A stretch of DNA of 48,244 nt from Octopus bimaculoides (GCF_001194135.2 NC_068987.1:367723-415966), one strand, 5' to 3'; positions 1-13,168 are shown, counted from the first letter of the stretch. The notes: generated by a model from the letters alone, not told the origin. Translations and numbers: made by a program.

Positions 1-246
1 GGGTTTAAAGACATCGGTGAGCGACCTACTCAAAATAACTTGCAGGCATCGGGCCTTTCCGAGTGTCAGACATTAATATGCCTCATCTGAGAACGAAGAT
101 AAACTTTAAGGAGTGGGGGGGGGGTCCATAAATAAAGGCGAGATGGCCACAATTGGATTCGAGAGACAATCATAATTAAGTGTGTGTATAATGTTGGAGC
201 GATTCTCTTCGCTTGCAGAAATAATTAACAACCACATGATGACATC

Positions 247-304
247 TAGCGCCACCTGTCAGTCTAATTAAGAACTATTATGACAAAGAAGCGCCCCCTG
301 CTGC
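247..304 (-). promoter_or_regulatory. Pair of CTCF-like motifs, same orientation
   Basis: Minus strand reads GCAGCAGGGGGCGCT (304-290; 14/15 match to CCRSYAGRKGGCRSY) and CTGACAGGTGGCGCTA (262-247; 2 mismatches). Confidence 0.45.
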
Positions 305-457
305 CTTGTTGAAGGGTCTGAGTAAGAAACTACAAAGATACAAAGATACGAATGTCAAGTGATGTCTTCCTAGGTCTCAGGTGAATTATGTATGTACACA
401 CACACACACACACACATATATACATACACACACACACATATAATACACAAATATGTA

Positions 458-505
<48 letters not shown>

Positions 506-659
506 TAACATGTGGTATAATTATAAACAGGGCAGATTATATATTGTATATTGTGAGTTTGTGTATATGTATGCATGCAGAGATGTATGCATACGCACAT
601 GCGCTTACACGCGCGCGCGCACACACACGCACACACACACACACACATGTATACATATA

Positions 660-1496
660 CAGTTGTAAATCCTTTATCCGAAATACCGAAACCTCCAAAT
701 CTCTGATATTCGAATTGTTTTCAAATAACACTGGCACCATTGTCTTGCCACAATTATAATGCTAGCATTTCCAGTTATGTATTACATTTACCTGTAATTA
801 AATTCCATGTTTTGTTTCTATTCAAAAATCTCGAAGTTCTGTTACCTTTTTATTAAAACACGACTTCTTACGTTGACGTTGATAATTTCCCGAACTTTCC
901 AGCTCCCTGTGACGTCATCGATGACAGACTCTCTCTCTCCTTCAAGTACATCGTACCTTATCCAGTGGTAAAAGTCTGGGGCCGCATGATCATATTATTT
1001 ATATATATATTGTAAGCACAAAACATTATTTTTACACAAGATCCGAATTTACCTCCACATCTGAAACAGAACCAAAGTCGTTATTTCTACATTGTCTTAA
1101 AAATAAATCACTGACGTTTTTCGCTTTTCATTTTATTTCCATGGAATCTTTCCCAATGCTTTGTTTTTATATTTTACATAAAGCCTAAAACCTGTCGAGT
1201 CAAAAATAAAATACAAACAGCGGACGTGTAGTGTAAACCTTCTAAGCAAAATATGACATTGTAGGCGGAGGCTGATATTTCACTTTGTTGATGGTATTAC
1301 GTTTGAAAAGTTAAAAATCTATATAAAACAACATTCAAGGTGTGTATAAGCTATAAAATATGATGTGTTTATATACGAGTCCTATTCACAAGCTGTCCCA
1401 TTTTAGATACAAGTAAAAAAAATACTCGAAATCCGAAAAACCTGAAACCAGCAACATTTTCTGCTTCAGGAATTTCCCATAAAAGATTCTCACTTG
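660..1496. mobile_element. Degenerate pogo/Tigger-type non-autonomous element (MITE)
   Basis: The left end TA-CAGTTGTAAATCCTTTATCCGAAATACC and the reverse complement of the right end TA-CAAGTGAGAATCTTTTATGGGAAATTCC match at about 22/30 including the flanking TA. No internal ORF. Confidence 0.45.
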
Positions 1497-2418
1497 TAAA
1501 TGGTTTTATAAATTCGTATTTGTAGATCTTTATGTATGTTTATATAAATGTATGAGTTCACATGCATTCAAATATGTGTGAATGATTGCATATACATATA
1601 TATATATGTGTGTGTGTGTGTTTGTGTAGTGGGTGTGTATACCTTCTCGCTTTCTCTCTTTCTCTAAATTTTTAAAATTCTTCCTACAAACAAGAAACTG
1701 GTTTCTCACAAACAGTCTGTATTGCGTCTCTGCAATTTCCACTTCAACACCTTAAAGAAGTGTTTCTTATTTCAACTTAAAAAAACCAAAAAAACACATA
1801 AAACTCTCTCATGTTGTTTATTGTTCTCCTTTGATTCGATTTCCGTAAATAACTGCCTGGATTGTCTGGTCACTTCCGTTTGTCGTGAAAACACCCGAAT
1901 TTATCCACTTTAACACATCACTGACGTAACGTAGTAAAGAAATAATTAGAAATTCTTACACCTGTTTGCCAGTGAAAGCTTCTATGTATGTTCATGTGAG
2001 TGTGTGTGCGTATATTTATATTTATATATANNNNNNNNNNNNNNNNNNNNNNNNNNNNNNNNNNNNNNNNNNNNNNNNNNNNNNNNNNNNNNNNNNNNNN
2101 NNNNNNNNNNNNNNNNNNNNNNNNNNNNNNNNNNNNNNNNNNNNNNNNNNNNNNNNNNNNNNNNNNNNNNNNNNNNNNNNNNNNNNNNNNNNNNNNNNNN
2201 NNNNNNNNNNNNNNNNNNNNNNNNNNNNNNNNNNNNNNNNNNNNNNNNNNNNNNNNNNNNNNNNNNNNNNNNNNNNNNNNNNNNNNNNNNNNNNNNNNNN
2301 NNNNNNNNNNNNNNNNNNNNNNNNNNNNNNNNNNNNNNNNNNNNNNNNNNNNNNNNNNNNNNNNNNNNNNNNNNNNNNNNNNNNNNNNNNNNNNNNNNNN
2401 NNNNNNNNNNNNNNNNNN

Positions 2419-2451
<33 letters not shown>

Positions 2452-2784
2452 GTGAATGTACAGGGATAAAATTATTCTGGCGGATACCGTGGTAGCTCTC
2501 AGGTATATTCCAGGTTACGGCTAACAGCTTCAAACCATACTTGCTGAAGGACCCAGAATGAAAGTGCACAGAAGATGATGCTGGGTTGCATGTACAACTG
2601 CACATACTCTATGCAGCAGAAAGATGTGTTGGTTATTTTTTTGATGATGTAGCTGACACTGTATTCTGTCAATTGTTTGATACAAAATACGAGGAGCTTT
2701 CGTCAGCTGAATTAAATGTCTTAGTCAAGTCCTGTCAAACCGTTTGCCTCTTCATTTCTGTTTTAATCTATAATTGTTTGATAT

Positions 2785-3605
2785 ATCAGGGTCCACTGGT
2801 CCACAGGGGATTACAATCCCAGAGTCTGAATCAGTGAGGAACCTGGGTATCGACATGAGTGATGGTACCTCTTTCCAAGTGCACATTGCCAGGATGGCGA
2901 CAAAGTGCAGACGACTGGCTGGATGGACTCTGAGAATGTTCAGAACCAGAGATAAGGAAACCATGATGGTCCTCTGGAGGACATTCGTCCTCAGCCGCCT
3001 GGATTGCTTCTCCCAGATATGGTCACCCAACAGTGTGAAATTAACAGCGGATCTTGAAGCAATCCAGCGAAAATTCACAAAGAAGATCGTCTCTTTGCAA
3101 TTGCTCAACTACTGGGAAAGGCTGAAATAGCCAAGACTCTACTCTCTGGAGAGAAGGCGGGATAGGTATGCAGTAATATACATCTGGAAGATCCTGGAAG
3201 GAATTGCGCCAAACTTTGGCATTGAAAGCTACACCAATGCCAGAACGGGTCGACACTGGACAGTGCCAAAGATTCCAGCAATGCCATCGCGCTTCAGGAG
3301 AAGTTACTGCAACAGTTTGGGTTTCAGGGCCCCACAGCTTTTAAATATTCTCTCAAAGAGCCTGAAAGACTTACACAAAGTGGATGTAGGTGCTTTCAAA
3401 TCAAAACTGAACGTCTTCCTGTCGAGAGTCCCAGATGAACCTACCTCGCAGCAAGAGTTGCAAATAAGAGTAGCGACATCAAACTCTCTTATTCACCAAA
3501 TGCCACATATTAGAGGAAGCTCTCAATAATAACTATGTAGCAAAACGAGTTTCAGCTCATAGCTGTGGCCATGCTGGGGCACCGCCGTTTTGCTACATTA
3601 GTTTC
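2785..3605 (+). mobile_element. 5'-truncated CR1/L2-group (Crack/Daphne-like) LINE: C-terminal part of ORF2 plus 3' UTR
   Basis: Translation gives SVRNLGIDM..., LSRLDCFSQIWSP, LEAIQRKFTKKI, NYWERLK*, LYSLERRRDRYAVIYIWKILEG and FKSKLNVFLSRVPDEP...SNSLIHQ, typical post-RT motifs of this LINE group. One in-frame stop at 3128-3130. Confidence 0.85.
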
Positions 3606-4152
3606 ATTTACTAGTTTTATTTAATAAATTTATAACATATACAGAGGCTTTTTTTACTTTTTAAATATTATTAACTTACGTTTGACTAAATAATGGTAAT
3701 ATATTCCAGTATTGATGAGTTTCACAATAAATTATTAATTCCCGTAAAGTTTATATAAATAGGAGGTTTAATTTGACGTGTTTATAAAATAGTCGATGAG
3801 GGTTTCGTTATGTTTAGCACTTTCTATATATATATATCTCGCTATTGTATTTTTAGGTGTTTAATTTCATGAAATTTTTATGAATTTTTAAAATTTTATA
3901 ATTTTGTAATTTTTAAAATTCTTTTAAATGTTGTAAATATATACATACATACATACATACATACATATTTATATACATACACACTGCTACTACTGTGAAA
4001 ATGATAAAGAATTATAAAAAGAGAATTATATGCAATAAGATGTATGCTATTCTGTCTCTTCTAACTCTCTGAAAAGCGAAAAATTTCTCCACAGAAGACA
4101 ACTGTTGGATATGCTTAGAGTAGCAAATCTGTTTCGCCTTCTGTCTCTACAC

Positions 4153-4184
<32 letters not shown>

Positions 4185-4189
4185 TGTGT

Positions 4190-4229
<40 letters not shown>

Positions 4230-4771
4230 GTTCACTGGACTACACAGCCCTGGTGTTTACCATACTAAGCACATCTACAAATAATGTGGTCAGCAAACAG
4301 TGTCAAATAATGGAAACACCTCGCATCATAACCTCATAATTTTAAAATATCTATAAAACCGTCAAAAGATTGTTTATTTTAATGTTTTTTGATTTNNNNN
4401 NNNNNNNNNNNNNNNNNNNNNNNNNNNNNNNNNNNNNNNNNNNNNNNNNNNNNNNNNNNNNNNNNNNNNNNNNNNNNNNNNNNNNNNNNNNNNNNNNNNN
4501 NNNNNNNNNNNNNNNNNNNNNNNNNNNNNNNNNNNNNNNNNNNNNNNNNNNNNNNNNNNNNNNNNNNNNNNNNNNNNNNNNNNNNNNNNNNNNNNNNNNN
4601 NNNNNNNNNNNNNNNNNNNNNNNNNNNNNNNNNNNNNNNNNNNNNNNNNNNNNNNNNNNNNNNNNNNNNNNNNNNNNNNNNNNNNNNNNNNNNNNNNNNN
4701 NNNNNNNNNNNNNNNNNNNNNNNNNNNNNNNNNNNNNNNNNNNNNNNNNNNNNNNNNNNNNNNNNNNNNNT

Positions 4772-4900
4772 GTTAGAAAGGATCAGAAAAGTACAACTCC
4801 CAAAATTACTGCAGAGCTTAAGGACCACCTCGAGAACCCAGTTTACACAAAAACCCTTCGCCGGGAGCTGCACAAACCCGGATTTCATGGGAGGGCTGCC
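4772..4900 (+). mobile_element. Tc1-family transposase fragment (second HTH region)
   Basis: VRKDQKSTTPKITAELKDHLENPVYTKTLRRELHKPGFHGRAA; bounded by an N-gap and a (TA)n run. Confidence 0.75.
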
Positions 4901-4901
4901 C

Positions 4902-4944
<43 letters not shown>

Positions 4945-5033
4945 TACTAATGTATGTATGAATACAGATAGACAGAGAGGTAGAGAGAAAAAGGATGGAA
5001 AGGGGGGGGAAAACTTGTAGAGACTTGTAAAGA

Positions 5034-5076
<43 letters not shown>

Positions 5077-5200
5077 TGTCCAGTGGTCAGCTGCGCTAAA
5101 CATTTCCCACGACCAAGAAAGTAGTTTTTTTCTTTTTATTTATGGAGTCATGTAATTGATTGAAGTTGCCTCATTTCCTGGGTTTAAGGAGATTTACTGA

Positions 5201-5439
5201 CAGCAACAGCAACAACAACTCCAACACCAGTTAAGAAGAGCAATATTTAATAAGATACAACACAGTCATGTGACAACATTTAATAAGGCAAACATCAACA
5301 ACAAGAACAGCAGCAGCAGCAGTGGTGGTGGTGGTGGTAGTAGTAGTGGTGGTGGTGGTGGTGTTAAGCAGCACCAGCAGCAAAAAGTAACAGCAAATAT
5401 TACGCAGCAGCAGCAACAACAAAAACAACAACAACAACA

Positions 5440-5500
<61 letters not shown>
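5201..5500. repeat. Compound trinucleotide microsatellite (CAG/GGT/TAG/CAA/CTA)
   Basis: Direct inspection of successive trinucleotide runs, ending in a long (CTA)n. Confidence 0.95.
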
Positions 5501-5501
<1 letters not shown>

Positions 5502-5788
5502 AGATGTAATTAATGTCAATAACCAGCACCTGGTGTTGTTAACTGTTTTTGATTTCAAAGTCAAAAGGAGGAGGAATAAATAAATATGATAAATAATTGA
5601 CTAATTATTATACTTTAATTGACTATTAATCAACAAATATATAATAACAGTCAGCTCTATGGGTCTTAATCAGCTTTCCTTAGTTGAACGGATTTGATGT
5701 CGCTGCCAGGCGTATGCACGGTCACATTAACACACAAACACTCAGGTAATAATAATAAAAAACCACACACACACTCAGGTATGTGTGG

Positions 5789-6664
5789 ATTGGATCGTCC
5801 CATAAATAATGCTTTTTTTTTAATACTTCTTTTATTTTTCAAAATTAAGATAAAGTTCTGTTTGAATCTACAATATACTCTCCTTCATTTTCTTCAATGC
5901 ACTTCCGCTTGTCCTTTACGGAAAATACTCCTCCAGTACTGTTCTGACCTCGTCTACTGAATTCCTATTTTTTCCATCCAAATGATTTTGAAGACTACGG
6001 ATAATCAGATGGGGTATTGTTCGGCGAATATAGTGGATGGGGTATCGTTTCCCATTCAAACTATTCCAGCCTTTGAAATGTCATCCTCACTGTATGTGGC
6101 CGAGCATTATGCTTGATGGAAGAACTCCTTTCGTCTTGAAACCAATTTACTGACATTTCCGAGGGCAGGTGTCGATGAATGGTTGAACGACCAAATCCAA
6201 GCTCCCCTGTTGGTTCCTCAACAGTTACGATGGGATTTTGTTCCACCAGGGTTTGCAGGACGTCCTCCTCGAGCTCTACAGATCTTCCAGGACGAGGTTC
6301 GTCTTCTTGGCCGTAGTTTCCGACTTGGAATTTCTGGAACCACCGTTGACACTGGCCTACGCTTATTGTCCGATCCCCATATCCTGCATTAATATTCTTC
6401 GCACTTTCCGTTGCGCCGTTGCCCTTATTGAACTCATAAAGCAAAAATATTCCGAATATGCTCGTTTGTCACTTTCATTATAGCTTTGAAAAAATAACTG
6501 TTAAAATTGAACTGCACTCTTCAAAACATGTACTAAGGATAAGGACAAGGTTAAATTACAACCCGCTTTTATAGCGAGTTGATGCTGGTAGTTTATCCCG
6601 TCCCCCTCCGACTTTTAATTCATGCAATCGAAAAAAAACTGCATTATTTATTGGATGACTCAAT
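5789..6664 (-). mobile_element. Internally deleted mariner element with both TIRs
   Basis: ORF 6061-6444: MLYEFNKGN..AKNIN..YG....QCQRWFQKF..G....EDEPRPGR (mariner HTH), jumping to HNARPH, then EWETIPHPLYSPNNTPSDY (YSPDLAPSDY-like). TIRs at 5789-5812 and 6641-6664 match at 20/24. Confidence 0.85.
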
Positions 6665-6668
6665 ATGC

Positions 6669-7127
6669 CATTATTCAGTTTATTTCAAGTTTTCTGGCCA
6701 ATAAAGAAAGAACCGGTTTCATAACTAGATCCAAGGCTCCATTACAATTTCATCACAACAACAGGGTATTTTAGGTTGTATGTTTGTATGTATGTATGTA
6801 TGTATGTATGTATGTATGTATGTATGTATGTATGTATGTGTTGTTTTATGTATGTCTTCTCGCACATATAGTTACATATCTAGACATGCTCGTATATATT
6901 TAAATGATAAACTTCAGGAAAGTTTTACAGATTATCTTTGAAAACCCTAATTTCTCAGGATTGGTATTCAGGCAGTGTGTTACATATCTTAGTGCCCCAA
7001 TAATTACAGGTATAAACCTGAACTTGTAATCTGACCGATATCTCAATAGTTCAGCGTCGGTGTTTTCTTTGTCACTGACCTTCAGCCTTGTGTTCACATC
7101 CGCTGGGCGGCCGATTTCCGCAGCTCT
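6669..7127 (-). mobile_element. R4/Dong-like RLE non-LTR retrotransposon, 5'-truncated copy 1 (endonuclease C-terminus plus 3' UTR)
   Basis: AAEIGRPADVNTRLKVSDKENTDAELLR...FRFIPVIIGALR...KLGFSK..CKTFLKF resembles an RLE domain end. The 3' UTR has an internal (CATA)n and aligns with 7196-7325 and 11991-12249. Confidence 0.75.
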
Positions 7128-7195
7128 ATGTATGCGTGTGTGTATGTATGTTTGTATGGATGCGTGTGTGTATGTATGTTTGTATGGATGCATGT

Positions 7196-7325
7196 CATTG
7201 TTCAGTTTCATTTCAAGATTTTTTTGTTAATAAAGAAAGAACCGGTTTCTAACTTAGATCCAAGGCTTCTTCATTGGAATTTCAACATCAACAACAGAGT
7301 ATTTTTGTTTGTTTGTATGTATGTA
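7196..7325 (-). mobile_element. R4/Dong-like element, copy 2 (3' UTR tip only)
   Basis: Aligns with 6669-6790 (cattRttcagttt...aaagaaccggtttc..ac.tagatccaaggct...caacaac). Confidence 0.75.
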
Positions 7326-7574
7326 TTTATTTGCATATACACACAGTGTGCTTGCATAGAAAACAAATATACAAAGAACTACTTTCTACACTCAGTGAAC
7401 AGGTTGCGGTCTCAAAGCGACGAAAATATTTTGGTAAATTAAATTTAAATGTTGAAGTGAATCTAATGGTCTTTTGTGTGTTTCTTAAATGGCTTATAAA
7501 CACTTTCCACGCTGCAATTGTTTTCGTTCCAGCTCACGATCTCAGATCAGGTCACTTGCTATGCAAGTACATCT

Positions 7575-7619
<45 letters not shown>

Positions 7620-8409
7620 ACCACTTCCTGAAAAAGTTCGTACAGGCGTTCCTAAAGTCCAAGAATTTCCTGTGCGTGAATTCGTTTTGAGTGGATAATG
7701 TGTTGCACCCCACAGAACCCTCTTTTCAGAGCAATTGACTCTAAAAACCCGTGGCACAGCAAACATTGAGATGAGCAGAAACCTACTGCATTTCAAGTTG
7801 CTTTTTTTACACGAGCTTATAAATCATACCCTTGTTTCAGTAAACCGACTGACAGAGTTATACGATTGTTTGGCAAAAATGCATAATCTTATCGGTTGCC
7901 TTTGCCAGTGTTCTTAGCCATGAATATAAGTGCATATAAATGAGTGTGAGTATGTATGTATGTATGTATGTATGTATGTATGTATGTATGTATGTATGTA
8001 TGTATGTATGTATAATTTCAAAAGTGTGCTGGAAGAAACGGAACCTTACCAAAAATTTTGACCTCAGTGAACGGTTCAAGACTCCACTCCTCCATTACAT
8101 GTGGTTTATCAATAACCGTCACATCCATGGATAAGCAAGCGGGTAGAATTCGAGCCAAGTTTACAAGAAACGCAGAAAAGGTAATTGGTATATTTTAAGG
8201 CTTTTTTTTAATAACATGAGGGCATTTTCCTCAGCCGATTGTCGCTCTGGTGCAAGTTGATTGCCACGCTTCGTCGGAATCAGCAGCACAAAGTTTGGAT
8301 TAGGCAACACGGCTAAAGGACTTTCTCAATAGCACCGATCCCGCTTGGGGAAAGCTGCCTGTATTATATAATGTCTTAAAATATCAACTACGCTTTCTGC
8401 AATTCTTAC

Positions 8410-8464
<55 letters not shown>

Positions 8465-8556
8465 CACGCACACAAACATATCCATATACATATATACAGA
8501 GACGTGTGTCACGGGGCAATGTGGCCAGTCACGTGCAGCGCACCACTGTGTCCCTC

Positions 8557-8623
8557 TATTACATCAAATGATAATTTGATGTAATATCAAGCAACAGGAA
8601 AAGAGACGAGGTCAGTGAGGTCA
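8557..8623. promoter_or_regulatory. Candidate cis-regulatory motif cluster (inverted TTACATCA pair plus perfect DR3 AGGTCA repeat)
   Basis: TATTACATCAAAT-gata-ATTTGATGTAATA at 8557-8586; AGGTCA-gtg-AGGTCA at 8609-8623; GTCACGTG at 8528-8535. Confidence 0.25.
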
Positions 8624-8801
8624 CGCCAGATTTGTCATAAAACTAACCTTCCGTCCTTACCTTTCATGTATGCATGCACCTTCTACAAAAGCGCACGCGC
8701 GCACACACATACAAACACTCACACACATACACAAACACACACAAACACATACATGCATACTTACGTACATACATGCATACATACATGCATACATACGTAT
8801 A

Positions 8802-8832
<31 letters not shown>

Positions 8833-9021
8833 CATACGTACATATATACATACATGCATGCATATATACATACATGCAGACATAAATATGACGATTACAT
8901 ACGCCCGCTTTACTTTACTTATACACCCTCTAATATATACAAAAATACAATAATTAAATATATATGCATTTATGTATGTATGTATTCATGTATATAGATA
9001 TTTGCATTTATACATATATAC

Positions 9022-9223
<202 letters not shown>

Positions 9224-9374
9224 TCATATATGTATGTGTGTGTGTGTGTGTGTGAGCGCCCGCACGCAGGCGTTCATAATGGCTCTTACTATTCAGGCAA
9301 ACACACTTAAAAACAGTCTCAAGTACACACAAAGGGTTTCGCATGCAGACACACAGTGACACATGCATTTGAAT

Positions 9375-9423
<49 letters not shown>

Positions 9424-10311
9424 NNNNNNNNNNACACGCACACACACGCACGCACACACACGCACGCACACACACTCACACAGCTGAAGACAGTTCGTGA
9501 TTCATTCTCTCGTCCAATTCCTCTCCAAATAATTTCCTGTCTTTTAACTGAATTCACATCACAACATCAGATCTTGATGATATAAGCGACTCCACGTCTA
9601 GAAATTGTGGATGCAAGCCACAATACACCACATCTCCAAGTGACTTCAGTTTACATTAGACGAGTGGCACAAGTGTTCATCTGAGAAATAACAGACAACC
9701 ATCCCTCAAATCAAGAGTCTTTCTTTCAGATGAGGAGTAGTGGCCACCATTTTGTTTTTTGGCGGGATGGGGGTAAGTGTGAGAGGTGGATGAAGGAACT
9801 GACCCTGGTTAATAGGGTTAGTTGCCAAAATCTAAGACAGAAACGATCCCATTAAAGACACCCCTGGATGGGTTTTAGACAGGCTGACAACGAATCCCGA
9901 TACATACAAAGCAATGGATACTCCTAAAGACATCGAAGGGACTCATATGGAGGGAGCTTAAACAGGGTGACGTATTGAGTGCGACCCCCTTAAACAGAAA
10001 GGGTCCACGTAACACGCTTCCCTACAGTTTCTGTCTCCCCAGTTTTAAAATGTTTAGGGTTGACCAAAGGTTATCGGCGAAAAGAAAGAAAAAGAGTTTC
10101 TGTGGAATGTAGAGGGGGGGGGGCAGAGAAATGGAGGTGTTTAACCCTAGGCCACCTATGAAACACCAGACCAGTAAACAAGGGTTTTTTCCAATTTGGA
10201 GGGACAGCTACGTAGAAAACATATCATTCCGGATTAAATAAACTGGAATTGAAAACTCTCGCACCCAAACGCTCAAATATTTGCACACGTCTAATGTGTA
10301 TGTGTGTGCTT

Positions 10312-10356
<45 letters not shown>

Positions 10357-10485
10357 TGTGTGCGTGAGTGTGTGTGTGAGTGTGTGTGTGAATATATGAG
10401 TTTATAAGTGTGCGTCGGAAATGGAAGTCTGGGCGATCAAAGCTACCCCACGACTAGCATCACAACAAACACGAGAGAGGCAACA

Positions 10486-10516
<31 letters not shown>

Positions 10517-10525
10517 CATGTATGC

Positions 10526-10563
<38 letters not shown>

Positions 10564-10856
10564 ATGTGTCTGTGTTATGTATATATAAATGTTGATATAT
10601 ATCCATTGTATGCAGTATGTAAGCATATATATATATATATGCTTACATACTGNNNNNNNNNNNNNNNNNNNNNNNNNNNNNNNNNNNNNNNNNNNNNNNN
10701 NNNNTATATGTATATCCATTGTATATAAACATAAGTAATATTGGTAGCCGCTTTAACATAAATATTACTTGTCAGTACAACTACTACGTTGTTCTTTTAG
10801 AGAGGTTTTAGAACTAACATTTTTGCGCTTTTATGTATATGTGTGTATATATATAC

Positions 10857-10890
<34 letters not shown>

Positions 10891-11909
10891 GTATGTATGT
10901 ATGTACGTATGTATGTATAGGCATGCAATACACACACAAACACACACACACACGTGTGTATCCATACTTATGTACACATGAGCACGCTCTCGCATCTATC
11001 CACCCTTCCACATACATAGGCATATGCAGTCATGTATGTGTCTGTGCATAAATGTGTGTGTTTGCGCGCAACTTCAAAAGTTTCGTGATGGGAAGCAAAC
11101 AGGAAAACAACAATTAAAATTATAGTGCTCAGTGGTGAAGGTCACATTTAGAATGACACAACTTAGATGACAGTTCATCTTACCAACACTGTCCTACATA
11201 ATTATGATGTATTACAGACACGGTCTATACGCATATCTTTAATGTATACACGTGTGTACCTGTCTCTCTCTCTCTCTCTCTCTTTGTGTGTGTCTATGTG
11301 TGTGCGTATATATATATCTATATCTATCTATCTATCTATATATATATATCAATGTGTACGTGTTTCTATGTATGTGTGTGTATATTATGATTATTAGATC
11401 AAAAATATGACCATCCACTTAAGTTTCTCTCTTGGCTGATCACGAACCGGCGTGATCAGCCACCGACCACAATTAAGTACATAAGTAGTTTTTTTCTATT
11501 TTATCAAAATCTTTCCGCTCTACGTTGCGAATTGAGTCCCATATGAGTTAATATTTGAAGCATGTCGTGCAAATACATACATAGAAGGTTGCTCCTTTAA
11601 ACTGTGTGTCTTCAATTGACACACAATGTAATGGCGCACTTTTGACACAAACTTTTGACCGCAAACAACACGTGAATTTTCACTTCCAATTTTCACGTAA
11701 ACTGTGGTTGCAAGCAGACAAGGTACAGAAACAATTGTAATGAATCAAGTTTACTCTACGCCACACCCACCACACAACAGTTTACCCTTACGAAACCAAG
11801 ATTTTCTACACTTGAAGAAATTCGGTATTAACCTGGAATCCAACAGAACTCGGGTTGTGTGCTTCTCTAGAAATACTCTACCTTTAAGATATGTATGTAT
11901 GTATGTATG

Positions 11910-11941
<32 letters not shown>

Positions 11942-11990
11942 CATGCATTCATGCATGTATGTATGTATGTATGTATGTATGTATGTATGT

Positions 11991-13168
11991 CATTATTCAG
12001 TTTATTTCAAGGTTTCTTGCCAACACAGTAAGAACCGGTTTCTAACCTAGATCCAAGGCTCTTTCATTGGAATTTCAGCATCAACAACTGCGTATTTTTG
12101 TTTGTATGATTGTATGTATGTATGTATGTATGTATGTGTGTATGTATGTGCAGATTTGTATGTTTTATGTATGTCTTCTCATGAATATACTTGCTTATCT
12201 AGACATGCTCATATATATAATTAAATGATAAACTTCTGGAAAGTTTTACNNNNNNNNNNNNNNNNNNNNNNNNNNNNNNNNNNNNNNNNNNNNNNNNNNN
12301 NNNNNNNNNNNNNNNNNNNNNNNNNNNNNNNNNNNNNNNNNNNNNNNNNNNNNNNNNNNNNNNNNNNNNNNNNNNNNNNNNNNNNNNNNNNNNNNNNNNN
12401 NNNNNNNNNNNNNNNNNNNNNNNNTGGGACATTCCACCAGGATTCCTTTTTATTATGAGTGACTATGGCTTCTACCATATTGTGGATTCTTATTTCTTTG
12501 TCCTTCGGATTATCCTTCCGACGGATTTCATTATAGAGCGTCCTAGCAACTACATCATATCTTATCGGTAGATAATACTATGATGACATTTTCGGACAAC
12601 TGCTTATGATGTGGGTGATACCTTCGGTGTTAACTCCACAAAGTCTGCATCGGTTGTCACTTTTTACTGCTTTTCCTGCATCTCTATCCCTTTTGTGCAT
12701 CAGGTACTTGGTTGATATTTCCTGTTCCTGGATTGCAAACGCATACCCTTCAAAGTGGGAGGTATTAATCCGGGTCCAAGGTAAACTGCTTTGATGATCG
12801 ATGTCACTATCATCAAGGAGCTTTCTGCTAACATATCCACGCATAGTCTTCTTCTGCTCATTATTGGTTCATCCTTTCGTCTGTTGATACGTTGCGGTAG
12901 AGTCGTGAAACTTCTTTGGGCATGTATTCTAGGTTATCAGACAAAGAGTGTTGCTCAAGGAGCTGCCTTCCAAGTCTTACGATGTTATCAGCCTCAAGTA
13001 TGCAAACTTGGTCAAGGGATGCACTCCGACGCTTCGTGGTTAAAAGATGTTGCCAAAGGGATATGATGCTACATTCAAAGACATTTTGGTCGCAAGAATG
13101 GTTCGTATTCCAAGTACTCGAGCTTCGTATTTTTTTGTTGTACACGTTTCGGGACGTCCTGTGCCCCC
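11991..13168 (-). mobile_element. R4/Dong-like RLE non-LTR retrotransposon, copy 3 (post-RT region, CCHC zinc knuckle, 3' UTR; spans a gap)
   Basis: Minus strand: QNVFECSIISLWQHL..., FEGYAFAIQEQEISTKY...CRLCGVNTEGITHIISSCPKM (CX2C..H..C knuckle), ...WWNVP. The 3' UTR matches copies 1 and 2. Confidence 0.8.

Noticed and set aside
2460-2780. Sequence upstream of the CR1/L2-like LINE as part of its ORF
   Set aside because: There is no continuing LINE motif in any frame; its origin is unresolved.
5270-5509. ORF with poly-S/G/Q/L runs resembling a low-complexity transcription-factor segment
   Set aside because: It is fully explained by a compound trinucleotide microsatellite, with no flanking coding sequence or convincing splice context.
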